Below, one piece after another: positions 1 to 14,193 of a stretch of DNA of 64,000 nucleotides. A program made the position numbers and the translations under genes. The stretch's first letter is position 1. Every line of letters begins with the position of its first letter. The notes beneath the pieces were generated by a model. That model ran no database searches and was not told the origin of the DNA. It was given only the letters and a program-made list of their open reading frames with translations. This stretch comes from Rhynchopus sp. YZ270_cl-10 (taxonomy: Eukaryota). The stretch is taken from positions 1,488,001 through 1,552,000 of the forward strand of contig OZ037839.1 of assembly GCA_964035575.1 (NCBI GenBank), given 5' to 3'.

Positions 1-901
1 CCTGTCTCCGCAAGAGGATGTTCAGTAAGGCGTTGGCACTTTCAACTTCTCTTTTGTGATGTATGTGCATGCTAGGCACATTCATCGTACAAACTTTCTT
101 TCATATTATTTTCTCTGTGTTTTTCCCTCCTTCCTGTCTTCTTCTTCTTCTTTTCTTTTGTTACATTTTCGATAAAATGTATTGTCTCTTCATACAGTTC
201 GGGGGGACAGTATCACACTAATCGAAAAAATGCAAAAATAAAATAAAGGGCGATCTGCGTCTACCTTCCTTTGTACGAAGGCTTCACAAAAAATAGATGC
301 CTTTTTCGTAAACTTTTTTTTTGGAAAGTGGGAGATTGCACAACTGTGGCAACACAAAACCCGAGGGCAACTACACTATTCCCAACTATTTATCCAATTT
401 TTTTTTAATAAAAAAACACACACAAAGCATACGTCGGAAGTGCTCTGCATCTCGAACCGGTCAAGATGCCCACAGAGAGACCCGCTTCGTAGGCCTTTTA
501 TTCCCCCTTTTTTTTTCTTTTTCTTTTTTAAATTACTTGTTGAAGGGTTGTGAGTCGAGGAGCATCACTTACCCTAGGTTTTTTTCATTTTTTTATGAGA
601 AAAAAAATAAACGATCTAAAAGAGTTGTGTGTATGTTTTAAAAATCAGTGTTGAGGTCAATCCCCTGAGGGATATTACCCGAAATATGTGTAAAAAGCTA
701 GGGGCAGCAGTATTGGAAATGTACCATTGGTAAACAGTGGTATTTCATAATGATACAAGGTGAGTGACGACACCTCCCCTTTTTTTTTCCAGTTGTGTGT
801 GAAGGCAACTTCCTTCTTTAGTTCCACCGTGCTTCATTTTCTTGGAGCTTGCGAGGACCGTACATGCACCGTTTCACAAAAAGGAATGGTAAAAAAGTTT
901 T

Positions 902-943
<42 letters not shown>

Positions 944-2962
944 CAGTTTTGTGGGGTAGTTCCTCAGAATTCTTCAGAGCGGAATGTTTCCCCCAAAATA
1001 CGATCTTGCGATGTTTCACCCCCAAAACACCCCCCACCAAAACCCCAAACCCCAAAAAAAATGCAACAAAAGTTGTTGTTTTTTTCTTCTTTTTTTTTTT
1101 TCATCTACGCCTTCGTCTGCAGAGATTCTGGCGCAGAGGATGGGGGTTATTTTTCTTTTTTCTTTTTTTTCCATTTTCAACGAGGTGATCCAAGTCAAGA
1201 CAACTTAGGTTCACCAAAATCGTAGATTTTTATTTTTATTTCAGTTTTTTTTTTATTATGCAGTAGTCCAGATATGGCTTTAGAAAAAGTCGTCAAATTA
1301 CCGTTAACATTCCCATAACTCTTCCAAAGTTTATTTGGACGCGTTATGTTGGACTACTGCAGTAGCCTATGTCCGTCTGTTGGTGTTGCGCAAAACCAAC
1401 TCTATCCAAAGAACCCTGTCCTACCTCACCAGGAAGGTTCCCTTCTCCATCTTGTGGCGTCCGTTTTATTTTTTTGTTTTTGGGGCAAAAAAAAAGAAAC
1501 AGAGTCTGGTCTGGAGTGATATAAAAAAAAAGTCTGGTTAGTAAGAGTGTAGACTAAAAATGGTGAGTAGAAAAAGAAAGTGGAGACTGTACAAATTGTG
1601 GCAACACAAAACCCGAGGGCAACTACACTATGTGCCGTTTTACCCATGACACAACTGGGCACAACTAGCACCCTACTCACCTGAGCTGTGCCTATATTAG
1701 GCACAATTTCAGCACAATTGCACTCCAACAATTTATGGAAAAAACACATCATAAGCATATTAGCCTTCAGTCTACACTCATGCCGTAAATAGGTTGGTAT
1801 TTCTTTTATTATTTTGCATTGTTGAAAAATGCCAAAAGGTCTAACATATTTAACGCTCACGGTATAACCACGTTTTTTTTAAATAATGACGTCAGTGGCA
1901 CGCTGCGTTCGGCGGCGAAAAAACGGGAGGAAAAAAAAAGAAGTTTGTTTTTCAATAGGCAAACTGCATCGTTCTCAACAAAGATCGGCAAGTTAAACCC
2001 TTTTAGAGAGGTGGGTAAAGTTTTCAGTGAGGCTTACCGTCATCTGACAAGTTTTTTTAAAATACTTTCAATTCTGTGAACTGAAAGTATAATGAATCTA
2101 ATTAAAGTGCCTGCATCCGATGAACGGTGAGGTGTTTGCACTTTTCAACTTCTCTTTTTTAAAAGGGTCCAAACTCCCCAAAAAAGATGCAACTTTGTTG
2201 ACATAACAAAACTGTCACTTGCTAGGTGGACTCCACGGCCATTTAGGTGACCACTCCCCCAATGCAACTCACACAAATCAAACAAATACAAGAAGGGGGG
2301 GTGAGGGAACGACAAGTGACTGCTTACTGCGAAAGTGGTAAGTATACTATAATGATTTTTTGTTCATCTTCTGGGTAGCAAAAAATAACAAAAACGACGT
2401 CGAGTACAGATCCTGCACTAGCAGAGCAGGTGATTGTCGACACAACAACAAAAAAAAAACACAACACACCAGAATTTCCCCCAAAACTACAACAACTCGC
2501 CCAAGATAGGAGAGAAAACATAGAGAGTACGGACAAAGAAAAAAAAAGGACGATTTTTTGTGTTCTATTTTATTTCAGTGCATTTTGCCTTCACCACGGC
2601 GAGAAGGGCGAATGCTGAGTGCAGGCCCTACCATTAGGAAAATGCTATGTAGACAGCAACAGACACCCCACCTGGGGGGGGGGTGCTTGAAAGCCCTAAC
2701 CAACGAATACTACTGTAGTACAGTAAACAAACAAAATGGGACAGATATTTGAGTACCCATTTTTCTTCTTGTTTTTTTTTTATTACTTTTTTTGATACCT
2801 TTTCCCTCTTTTAAAGATGTGTGTACACGAGAGGTACATTCATCTTTCAAGTTTTTTTCTCCCCCCTCCCCTTTGAGAACCTCCATTCAAATGCTAGGAT
2901 TCTAAAAAACAAACAAGAGCAAACATGTTACAAAACAAAACAAAACAAAAGCACAAAGCAAA

Positions 2963-3037
2963 CACGGTCGCCCTACGAACCCTATTTGGGGTACCCCGCT
3001 ACGAACGTACCCTGAGGGTTCGTATAGGGCCACCGTG
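2963..3037. mobile_element. Tiny foldback/MITE-like element with CAC...GTG ends
   Basis: Imperfect inverted repeat CACGGTCGCCCTACGAACCCT / AGGGTTCGTATAGGGCCACCGTG; no clear TSD. Confidence 0.45.
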
Positions 3038-3705
3038 AACATAACAAAAAACTTCATAAAAACCCATTCAAAACCCCCCCATTTTCCTTTGAGGACCTAC
3101 TCTATTCAAATGCTAGGATTCTGCTATTTTTAAAAAAAGTTTTATTTTATCTCTCTCTCTCTCTCCTTTTTTTTTTTTTTTTCACAGTTTTTTTAAAGAT
3201 GGGAACATTTTTATTGCTCCCTATACCTCTATGCTATCGATTGCATATGTTGAAGTACTATCTTTTAATACGCTCTGCTGCTATCAGTAGGTGTGTATAC
3301 ATTTTTTTTTTGAAAGGTGACTAAGCACGAGGCTTATAATCATCTTCTAATTTTTTTTTCTTTTTTTTGTCCGCACGAGAGGCTTTGGATTATCGTACCA
3401 AACCTTATTTATTTGTTTTTTTTTTTTGTTTTTTCCCCCCTCCCTTTCCCCTCTTCCTTCATGTTCTTGTTCGTGGATTGTGCATCATTGTGTCTGCACT
3501 ACCGCCTACTGCCCCAAACCCCACTCCAAAAACCCATTCAAACCCTTCCCTCTTTTCCCGGCTTCTCTCTCTCTCCCCCTCCCCCACCCCTTCTGAGGCA
3601 ACAGTCAGTATTATTTTTTTTTCTCCCTTTATTTTTATACCTACAAGCTTAAAGGAGAAAAATAGTTCCTCAGATACGGGTCGCCAATCACCCCTCCAAG
3701 GGTAG

Positions 3706-3850
3706 TTGACAGTGGCTGAGAAAGAGGATAAGTCGTAATCTCATACAAAGTAACGCGCCCTTCCTCTCCAACTCCACGTCTACAAAACTATCAAGCAAAA
3801 TTAAACAGAGCACAAAGCACTTTCAAAACATACAAAAAACATTTTCAAAC
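3706..3850. repeat. 145-bp dispersed element, copy 1
   Basis: Identical to 19247-19391; here associated with a 21-bp direct repeat CACCCCTCCAAGGGTAGTTGA (3689-3709 and 3850-3870). Confidence 0.85.
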
Positions 3851-4824
3851 ACCCCTCCAAGGGTAGTTGAGCGATCAACGAAAATATGACTTACCCACGA
3901 ACACCCCTTTCTTCCGCCCTCCCTCCTTCTTCCAAAAGGGGGGGGGGAGCTCGGGGAGGGTGGGGAGCAAAAGGGCTGTTCTGCAACACTACACAATTCT
4001 CTGTCTCATGATCGCAAAACCGTTTCTCCCCCTATCCTCAGTCCACTCTTCTCCCCATTCCACTACGAAAAAAAACAAAACAACAAAAAAATAAAATCCA
4101 AACCAAATGAAAATATATTTCACAAAACCCTTTTGTTGTATGTGTTTTTGGTGTTTGTTGGTGCTTTTCGGAAATCGGTCAACGACCTGTCAACGACCTT
4201 GCCAATATCGACCCCCTCCCGGAGAACCATGTGTAAACCATTTGAACACAGACCATCCCAAAAGTCCAAAGGTGAGTGCCTAGAGTGATGGATCGATACA
4301 ACGAAAAAAAGGGCAAACAAAAAAATATTATTTCATAAATACACAAACCCCAAAAAACCCGCCTTGATTTTTTTTGTCTGAAATTTGGAAGGGTTTTAGT
4401 GGAGTTGGCGAGATGGTGTTTAAATACCACTATTTTGGTACCCCAGAAATCCAAATAAAACATAGTGGAGCTCATCCTCGGGTGGCTACACTAATGCAAC
4501 TAAGTTTTCAAAAAAAAAAAAAAAACGCGTCTATACCTTCTGTAGTACATAGGCTTCGGCCGTCATTGAGTACAGATCGTTATACCAGTAGGTATAACGT
4601 GATTGTCGATACAACAAAAACGAAGTACGCAAAACTACCCATGAAGAAGTACGCAATTTCGGGGTGGGTTATTTTTTTTTGTGGACAAACTGCTGCAAGA
4701 AGCACGCAATATGGGGTTGTCAGGAGCACCAAAAACCCTACTAAATTCCACCAAAAATTTCAGGCAAAAAAATGAGGTGAAATCCTTCTTCCACGCGATA
4801 TATATTTTTTTTTACCCCCTCCCC

Positions 4825-5480
4825 CAGGGTTGTTTCTAGGATCTCGTTTTTTTTTCTCGGGGGGGGGTCAATTTTTTTCCCAAAAAAAATTTTTTTTCCG
4901 CCGGGAAAAAAATGGTCTTTCAAGGGTTTTTGGGTGTATTCCGAGCTTTCTCGACGAAGCCTCGATCTCACCAAGATAACCCCATACCCCAAAGCTTCAG
5001 AATATCATGGTGGTATGTAGCTTCTGTGCGGGTATGAAACAGGTAAAGAAACGGTGGCCATGGTACCCAAAGGTTCCTGGCGAAGCCACGGTACGCAACA
5101 TTTCTAAAATCGCGCTTAAAATTGCACTATTGTACAGCCAAACTATGTCATGGGAAGGGTGTGATGTAAGCTTGCGCCGCAGGCGCACGGTACGCTACTT
5201 TTATTCTTTTCGCCAAATCTTTTTTCGCACTCCCATCACCGTTCCGCGTAGTGTAGTCGGTGCGGGTGTTGTCGCTCTTCACCAGTGCCAACACTGGTGG
5301 TGGGTGGAAAACGTGTAGTTCGGGGGAAAATATGTAATTTTTTACAGGGGGGTGAGGCTGACCAGCGCACCGTGCCAGATTCTGGGGGAAAAATTGACCC
5401 CCCCCGGGGGGGGTCAATTTGACCCCCCAGAATCTGGGGGGGGTCAGTGACCCCCCCCGACCCCCCTAGAAACAACCCTG
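4825..5480. mobile_element. Non-autonomous hAT-type element (MITE)
   Basis: TIR CAGGGTTGTTTCTAGG / CCTAGAAACAACCCTG; perfect 8-bp TSD CCCTCCCC; subterminal GGGGGGTCAATTT motifs. Confidence 0.9.
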
Positions 5481-6189
5481 CCCTCCCCTTTATTTTATAT
5501 TTCCCCTTTCTTATAGTGCCTACATAGGTGTAAAATGTGAATGCAAAAAATGTCGGTCTTCCTCTATGGTATCCTACTCTAACCACAACGGGAATTTTTT
5601 TTTTTTGACAGAACTTCCATTCTCGCTCAATTTCAACTCTGTTTTAAAACTTTGTGTGTTTTCTTCTTCTTTTCTTTTGTCATTTTTTTTTCACTTTTTT
5701 TTTTAGCCAAAAAAGCACTATTTGAATCCCAATCCACATTTTCCCCAGATTTTCCACCATTTTTTTTTTTCTTATCAGAGTTCCAATACTATTATGCACT
5801 AAAACTCGAAGCATCTCATAATAATGACATTTAATGGTGCATTTCAGTGGAACTCCCCCTTCTCTTCCCCTTCCCCCTCTCTTTTCTTGGATACGGAGTG
5901 CCCTTTGTTTTAAATAAGGAGAATTTTATTTTTCCTACCTATTTAAAAAAAAAATATATATAAAAAAATCCCCCTCTCTTTTCTTTTTCAATTTGTGGTG
6001 TTTTTTTTTGGTACTCTGCTCTCCCAAGCCAATACTTCCCCACATCCTTTTTTGCGTTTTTTTTTAAGGTGATATAGTGCCTGATTGGATAACAGATTAA
6101 AATTTCTACTTTATTTTTCAAATCTACCCACTTTAATAATCAATGAGGGGTTCAGGTTCAGTTCCAACAGGGTTATTGATGACATTGTA

Positions 6190-6432
6190 GGCAAAGAGAG
6201 GTATCTTCAGATTTATCACCTCCCGGTGAGGTGCAGTCGATGTGAAGGCGGGTATATATCCTCTGTTGTACGGTAGGGACCTTATTCCGCAAACCCGCAA
6301 AGGCACTTCCCCACGCCCTCCTGGGTTTGCGGGTTTGTAAGCAAAGAGGTATCTTCAGATTTATCACCTCCCGGTGGGGTGCAGTCGATGTGAAGACAGG
6401 TATATATCCTCTGTTGTACGGTAGGGACCTAC
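6190..6432. repeat. Pair of ~92-bp direct repeats flanking a hairpin
   Basis: GCAAAGAG(AG)GTATCTTCAGATTTATCACCTCCCGGTG...GTACGGTAGGGACCT at ~6191 and ~6341; spacer contains inverted repeat GCAAACCCGCAAA / TTTGCGGGTTTGT. Confidence 0.85.
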
Positions 6433-8510
6433 ATTGTGGATCTTGCTTGGTCAGCTATTTCAAGTCACCTTTCTTTTCCCCCCCCTCCCCCCTCCCCCCT
6501 CCTCCCTTTCCCTCCCAGCAAAGCGACCCCCCCCTTCTCCTCTACCCCCCCCGCCCTTCCACCCAGATTTTGTTATTTTTTTTTTTTTTAAATTTTTGCC
6601 CCCATTTTTTGATACCTTTTCTCTAACGATGGGACAGAGCTTTTATAATATACTCCTCTAGTGTGAGAGGTTGCGTCCCAAAACCCCCTCGGCCCTTTGC
6701 GGGTTTTTTCTGATTTTTTTTTTTTGTTAAAAAAAGATCAGTTACTTTCTCGGGAGTTACGGGGCGATCATTACAATATGCTATTTTTTCCGCGGAAAAT
6801 TAGAGCCTCTCAACACTAAGCCATATTCCCAGAGGAGGAGGATATTATGAAGCCCTGACGATAACTTTTTTATTTTTCAAGAAGAAAAAAAAACAAAAAT
6901 TTATATGTTTTTTTTTTCTCCTCTCTCCCTCTCCCTTTTTTGGAATGTAACACACAAACAAAACAAAACAAAGAAGAAGTAGGTATCCTCTTTAACCCCT
7001 TATGCCTTCATAGAGGCACTGTGCACGGAGAGAAGCACATATTCATCTTGACAAACATTTTGTTTTATTGAAAAGGATGCAAATTTTAAAAAAAAGATTT
7101 CATGTGAACGAGAGGGCTGTGTATATCTTTTTTGTTCACCTCATGAAGGAGGAAATAGAAATAAAAGCAGTTTGAAACACACTTTGCGGTTCTGCAGGAC
7201 GAACCGCGCTGCAGAAGAACCATCGCAGGGTGAAGTGCAGTACGCCCTCTCTCATGGGTTTTATTGAGTGTTACGTTTCTATTTTTAGGAGTATTTTTTT
7301 CTATTCTTCCTTTGGTTTGTTGTGTGTTTCCTTCAGGGGAGGGGCCTGCATCGTACAGTGGGTCAATAGGAGGTGTGTGCTTGCATCAAACACTTCACTT
7401 TTTTTATTCATTAGTCAACAGGCGTGACCTGTTAAATATCTTCGTTGTCTAAAACGCATCATCCATCATCTTATCGTCCTTTTTTTAAACCAAACTAAAC
7501 CCCCTTTTTTTTTTTGGCAACAACCCTCCTAAAAGACCCTCTTGTATGATTGCAGTGCAATAAACCCAAGAAAAAAAACCCAAGTGAAAAGACGTGTAGC
7601 AAAAGGTTCTTTCACTTTTAAAAAAAAAAAAACAGATTTATCAGAAAAGTGCAAATTTAATCAAAAATGCATTTTTTTTTTTTCTTTTTGGGCAACCCTT
7701 TTGTAGCCCCCCAATCTCCCCCATTTTATGATCGCGGGATGAAACCCTGCAAGCTGACATCAACACCCCCCAAAAAAAAACACTATTTTTTTTCCTTTTT
7801 TCATCTTCAAAACCAAGCGTGTTCCAGCACGATAACGATGGTTAAAAAAAAGATGTGTGTTGTACGAGAGAGACATGATTACATCTACTATTATAGCAAT
7901 CTTTCTTCCTTTTTTTTTCTTTTGTTTTTGAGCAAAAAAAAGCAAACAAAAGAACGTATGGACGCGCTGGAGCGTGTCTTAGGGTGGAACACTTAATGTT
8001 ACACCAAGATTGATTCAAAGAAAAGAACAAAAAGAAAATACAAGTATAGTGGAGTTCATCCTCGGGTGGCTACACTAATACAACCAAGTTTTCAAAATGC
8101 AAAAAAAAATATTAAAAAAAAGAGCAACCTCAACGCTTTTCAAACACCTTGTATGGCATTGCTGTCGACCCTTCTTCCTCCCCCCCCCCCCAAAAAAAAA
8201 AAAAACAAATCAAAACAAAAAGCAAAAAAAAAATATATCAAAAACTTCATAAAAGACCTTTATTCAAACTCCCTTCTCCCCATCTGAGTCTCCCCGACCC
8301 CCCAATATTCTCTTTTCTCCCCCTCCCATCATTCTCGCTCTCACTCCCTTCCCTCTTTTTTTCTTTTCTTTTCGTGGACAAAAAAGCAGATGAAAATGAA
8401 GGTACGTAAGCAAAAAAAAACAAGAATAGTGTAAAGTTCACCCTGAGGGGGTGCTTGGCATATGCTATTATGAATTATGAAGAAGAAGAAAAAAAATCAC
8501 CCAGGAGGTG

Positions 8511-8639
8511 ATGGTGGCAGTATTTGTGATGGGAGCGCATTGGAATCCACAAAATACATCAAAAATACATCGTGTATTGTGATGTATTTTAATGTATTTT
8601 GCGTATTCCAATGGGTTCCCATCACAATACTGCCGCCAT
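8511..8639. repeat. ~130-bp palindromic (foldback) element
   Basis: ATGGTGGCAGTATTTGTGATGGGA...AAAATACATC mirrored by GATGTATTTT...TCCCATCACAATACTGCCGCCAT with a ~9-nt loop. Confidence 0.85.
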
Positions 8640-10340
8640 TTCCAGAAGGGGGGGGTTTTTTTTTGTAGGAGATGGTGATACTATGATAATGATTTTTTCT
8701 CCCTCCCCTTTTTAAGTATGGTCATTATCACGTGGGTGGAAAAAAAGGTAAAAAAAACGAAGGAGAAACAGCTCCTATAGTAATGGATGAAATTTTTTAA
8801 AAAAACAGAAAAAAGGAAAATATTTTGTGCTACGGGTGATTCAACAAAACGGAGTTTATAAAAAGTGTATATTATGGTGATGACGTTAAGAAAAAAATTA
8901 GATACAGCTCCCTCCAAAAGGAAAAATGGGAAAGGGAGTCTGGGTGGGCAAAGATGTCTACTGATTATAAAATAAGTTATCAAAAAAAAAAAAATCCAAA
9001 AAAAAAAAAAACTAAAAAAAAAAAAAAAAAAAAAAAACACCAATCACAGTCGTTACCCCCACACCGGTTTAACAGCTCACGCCACAGTGACTTCTCGAGG
9101 CAAAGGGAATGACATGTAAAATATTAAAAAAAAAGGGGTTCCGGGGGGTCAGACCAGGGCTTAAGAAGCTCTGCCACACTCTGCATGGGTGAGGTGTGCC
9201 GTTCTGTACGTATCCTATGTGTTTGATTTTTCTTTTATTTTCTTTTATTTTTTTTTTCTCCAAAAGCGTATCCCTTTTTGTTTATTTATTTCTTTTTTAA
9301 ATTTTTTTCTTTGCTTCAATATTCATATCTCCTTGAGAGTGTGGTGTTATTGTCGACAGAGGGAAAATATAAAAAGATAAATAAATAAAAAAACCAAACA
9401 AAAACAATACCAGACATCAATTTGAGGAAAAAAAGGAAAAAACGAAAGGAAAAACAAAACACAAAAACAAAACAACAACAACAACACTAAAAGCAGAATT
9501 TCCCCCACACCGGTTTAACAGCTCACTCCACAGTGACTTCTCGAGGCAAAGGGAACCTGTTTTTATTTTCAACCTCTTTTTTTTTTTTAAAAGATGTTTG
9601 TGCACGAAGAGGCACATTCGTTCTTTTCAGTGTTCTTTTTTTTTTTTTTTTTTTCATATATCGAGGAAGAAGTGCTCTGTCTGCGTCCGCCGATGTCCGG
9701 TGACGTGCTTGCACTTTCAACTTCTCTCGTCTTTTTTTTTTTTTTTTTGTATTTTTTATTATTTTTTTCTGAAACAAAACGGCAAAAGTGACAGATTAGA
9801 GAGAGAAAAAAAAAATGGGGGAGGGAAAAGAAAAGGAAAACAAATGTCCTACAGTTGTCTCAAGTTGTCTATTTTGCATTATTCTTTTGTTAGTTCTCAT
9901 ACCTGAAACAATTTTATATCATATTTGTCGGAAAATAAGTTACATTTTTTTTTTTGCCTTTTTTTTTATTATTGTTTTTCCCTCACATCATTTGTTTCTT
10001 TGCATCAAAGGGGGGGTAGTTTCTCACAAATATATTACAGTGCAGGCTGTGGCAGCTGCACCAATCCAGTTGATTATCAAAAGAAAAAAAAATTCTCTCT
10101 CTCTCGCTTCCCCCACGATGCACTTCAACGAAAATCATTATTTTAATTATGTTTTTTTTTATTTAAATTTGCTTTTTTATTTTGGTTTTGTAACCATTTT
10201 TTTTCGCTTTATTTCTTTTCAGCAAAGAAAAGAAACTACTATGTAAACGCAAGGCACACTTGAGGTACTGAAGAGAGGAAAAAAAATAGGACAGATAAAA
10301 TGGGGGGAAAAAAAGGCATTTTTCAAAATCAATGCAAATT

Positions 10341-11652
10341 TGGGGTGTTCCGGGGTGTGGAATTTTGGGCACGTTCACAAGTTTTCACAACTTTTCACAA
10401 GTTTTCACAAGTTTTCACAAGTTTTCACAAGTTTTCACAACATAGTATTTGCCATTTTTATGTGAAGAGTTGTGAAAAGTTGTGAAGAGTTGTGAATTGA
10501 AATGAAAATTTGGATGAAAAAAACACAGATGTTGTGAAGAGTTGTGAACAGTTGTGAAGAGTTGTGAATTGGATTAAAAAAAAGGGGGGCTTTTTTTTCC
10601 AGGGTTTTTTGCAGGACTGGTCAGGTCAAGTGTGCTGTGCACAGGGCTAGCTAGCCTGGGTCCGTGGGTCAAGTTGGCCGTACCACCCCACCCCCTGTGC
10701 GAGGAGGACGACGGAAGTCCGCGGCTAGTTCGCTTGTTGTCTTTTTTTTTTCAACATGTTCGCAACTCATAAAAAAGTAGCGTACCGTGCGCCTGCGGCG
10801 CAGCTAAAAATTCCGAGTGGTAGCCCGCAGGTCTACCCGAAATGTTGCGCACCTTGGCTTCGCCAGAAAAGTTTTGGTGCTATTTTTGCCAGGGGGTGAC
10901 CTGTTTTGCTTGCTCTGAGCTGGGGTCTAAACGGGAGACTATACTAGATACGACGACACCCACTTCGAAAAGTGGGTGATCCCTTGCTGCTGTCCCCAGT
11001 TTTTTTGTCAGAGGGGAAAGAAGGTTTCAACGCTCCCAAGGCCCACCCACAAGACCTGTCAACTCCCTTGGGTCGAGAGCCTCCAGGGCCCTCCTCATAG
11101 TTTCGAGAGCTTGACGAGTGCTCCTCGTTTAGTGTTGAAGCCAAACCGGATTTTGGGGACAATTTTATCCGAAAATGGCCCCGCCTATTAATGACCGGGC
11201 TCATATTTTCCAAAAATTTAAGTGGTCATAAAATTGTCCAATTTTCAACATTGACCCCACCACTGCACGGGCGGATCTCAAAAATGCAAACCGATTATAA
11301 AGTTGAAAAAAACACCTAAAAACACGTGACCCGAAAGGGCCCAAATTGTCGGGTCAGCCACACCGTTTTAAGCACTTTTTGCACACAGAACCGCCTGTGT
11401 TGCCAAACAACGTCCGCCAAGGTGCCCTGTACCTACCTGGGTAGGTGGGTGCCCAGGCACCACCCAGACCTCGCCACGTCACAACTGTTCACAACTGTTC
11501 ACAACTTTTCACAACTTTTCACAACTCTTCACAACTCTTCACACGCACTTTTTTGTGAAGAGTTGTGAAAAGTTGTGAAGAGTTGTGAAAAGTTGTGAAG
11601 AGTTGTGAATTGAAATGAAAATTCCCAAAATTCCATACCCCGGAACACCCCA
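10341..11652. mobile_element. Non-autonomous TIR element with decamer subterminal arrays
   Basis: 29-bp TIR TGGGGTGTTCCGGGGT(G/A)TGGAATTTTGGG; arrays of TTCACAA(C/G)T(T/C) and GAGTTGTGAA near both ends; TSD not convincing. Confidence 0.75.
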
Positions 11653-14193
11653 CAAAATAAGAAAACTGATCTCTTGGGGGTGCCTCCCCAATGAGCAAAG
11701 TTGAGCGATGAAGATCAGTTCCGCCGTTCCCATATAAAGTTCTGTTGCGCTGCAACAGAACTTTATATAACGGCGGAGCTGATAAAGATTTCAAAAAAAA
11801 TAAAATGTGACAGAAATAGCGATCCGGAAAAAAACAAGTGACGTTTTACAAAACAAAACACAAAACAAAAATAGTGACTACTGTCTGTATGGCAGCTACA
11901 CCAATTCAACAAATCTCACGGATCCAGAAAACAATGACTCTCTGGATTTGTGAAAGACCATTTATTTTTATTATTTTTTAATTTTTTTCAAATTGGAAGC
12001 ATTTACTATTCCAAAAAACCAGTTTATATCAAAACCAAAATATGGTGTAAAGTGGAGTTCATCCTCGGGTGTCTACACTAGTACAACAAAGTTTTTCTAA
12101 AAAAAAACAAAGGCTTTTCCGGTCGTCCGTTTATGCAAATACTGGGATTTTTTTTTTTTTTTTGTTTGGCAGGATCGTTTTTTTAGCTGCGAAACGTGGT
12201 AATTTATAGGGAATGGCAAATTTTAACAAATGTTTGTAATTCCAACATTTTTCAACATTATTTCAAAATACGTTGTTTGTGCAAAAACAATAAACACCTT
12301 TTTTTAAAAAGTCAGCAGTTTTGCGCTATTCGCCTCTGCAAAACTTTGCAACCAATTTTTTCGAAAACATAAGGTGACCTAAGCACAGTAGACTTAGGTT
12401 CATCTTGTAATAGCTTTAGATGCTGTGGCCATATTCTTTTAACATTTTATTCTTGTTTTGTTTTCTTTTGTTTTGTGTAAACACGTTGTTCTCACAAAAA
12501 AAAATCATTTTTTTTAGAAGAGAACGGGAATGGGGGGGTGGGGAAAAGGCAAGTGAATTTCACTGCCTTGTTGCTGCCTTTTTTGAGCACCTCCCGACCC
12601 ATTTACCTTCGGCATTTTTCAACCATTTTTATGTTTTCAAAAGATGTGAGCCACTTCATCTTTCAAACTTTTCCTTTTTACTCTTTTTTTTCTTCTATTT
12701 CTTTTCTCCTGCCTTTTTCCCCTCTTTTTTTTCTGAGGGCTTTTATTTTTGCGAACAGTATCGTATGGGTGCTTCCCTCCCATCAGGTATCTGTTCCCGG
12801 GGGGCGTTCCCTGAAAATGATGTCAGATGTCAGAAAATTTATTGAATGTTTGTGGATATTTGAGAATTTTTTTTTTTAGTTCATCTGTCTGACGACGGGA
12901 CCAACTCAGGCTCAGGTGGAAACCCCCCCGCTCTCTGCCGTGTGAGGATGAGGTTTCCAATACAATGACCTATCAAACCCCCTTTTTTTTACCCCCCCTT
13001 TTTTTTTGTTAGTGACCAAGCACAGCGAGGCTTCAGGTCATCTTATAAGACTCTTTTTTTCTCTTCTCCTTCTTGATTTTTTTTTTTTCCTCCTCGCTCC
13101 CTACCCCCCTATCATTATTTCTCCTTTTATTTTCTTTTCTTTTTAGCTCTTTTATAATTATCAAATGCGATAAACGAAAAAGTTGTATTTTCCCGCGAGA
13201 GATGTGTGTTTTGCACGAAAGGCACAAAACATCTTTCAAATTTTATTTTGTTTTCCTTTTATTTCTCATTCTGAAGCCAAATTCCATTTTTATTTCATTT
13301 TTGATATATTTTTGGCTCGAAGTGTTATTTTCCGACCACTTCTTGTCTACAATATTACAATGTTCAAAAAAAAGGGATACTTTTCTTCCTCCCCTTGAAG
13401 ATGGATAATTCAAACACATTCCAAGATTTTCTCTAAGCACTGACGAGGGCTTAGTTAGTTTTCATCTTTGGCAACTTTCTCCCTCCCTCCCTCCGTCTCT
13501 CTCGAGGAATGATGCTTGCAATTTTATTTTTGTCGATTTAGCAAATAAAGTGAGTGTTCTGTCACATAGGTTTTTTTTGTTTTTTTTTTGTTTTTGATAA
13601 AGGTGACTAAAGCATGCGAGGTGCTGATGAGATTACTTAACGTTCAAAACATTAAGAAATCTAATCAGACTAACGCACGGTGTTAGGTTCATCTTATAAA
13701 CCATTTTTTTTTTTTGTGTGGTTGTCTGTTTTTAGGCACGAATTGCTGCATCAGCAACGGAACGTTGTGACACAAAGCAGTCGCCCTAGAGAGCAGAGTA
13801 CCATTCGAAAAGGCAAACAAAAATGCAAGAACAAAAGTACGGTGTGTGTAGGACAATGCGGGGCAGGTGATGAGCGTGGTGGAGGGGAATCGTTTTGCGT
13901 TTACTCTGCATCACTACCGTTACACTGTGTTGCGTACACTGGAGTTGCCCCGCATGTGCCAGAAGATCTTCTTGTACTTTGAAAACGAATGTGATCAAGG
14001 TGACTAAGAGAGGCTTAAAGATTGGTGAATAACCAATGTTCAAAACATTAAGTAATCTAATCAGACTAAGAGAGGCTTAGGGGCCATCTTAAAAACTTTA
14101 TTTGCGGTCGAAGAAAAAAAAGAAAAAAGGGTGGAGAGAAAGTGTAGGACCCAAATCTGCAAGCCTTTTTTTTTTTTTTTTTTGTACGAGTAT

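Noticed and set aside
4463..4510. Helitron 3' end interpretation of the TAGTGGAG hairpin family
   Set aside because: Conservation continues ~20 nt beyond the CTAA/CTAG, unlike a Helitron terminus
6635..6857. Possible hAT MITE (CAGAGCTTTTATAATAT / ATATTATGAAGCCCTG)
   Set aside because: TIR is degenerate and no 8-bp TSD could be confirmed
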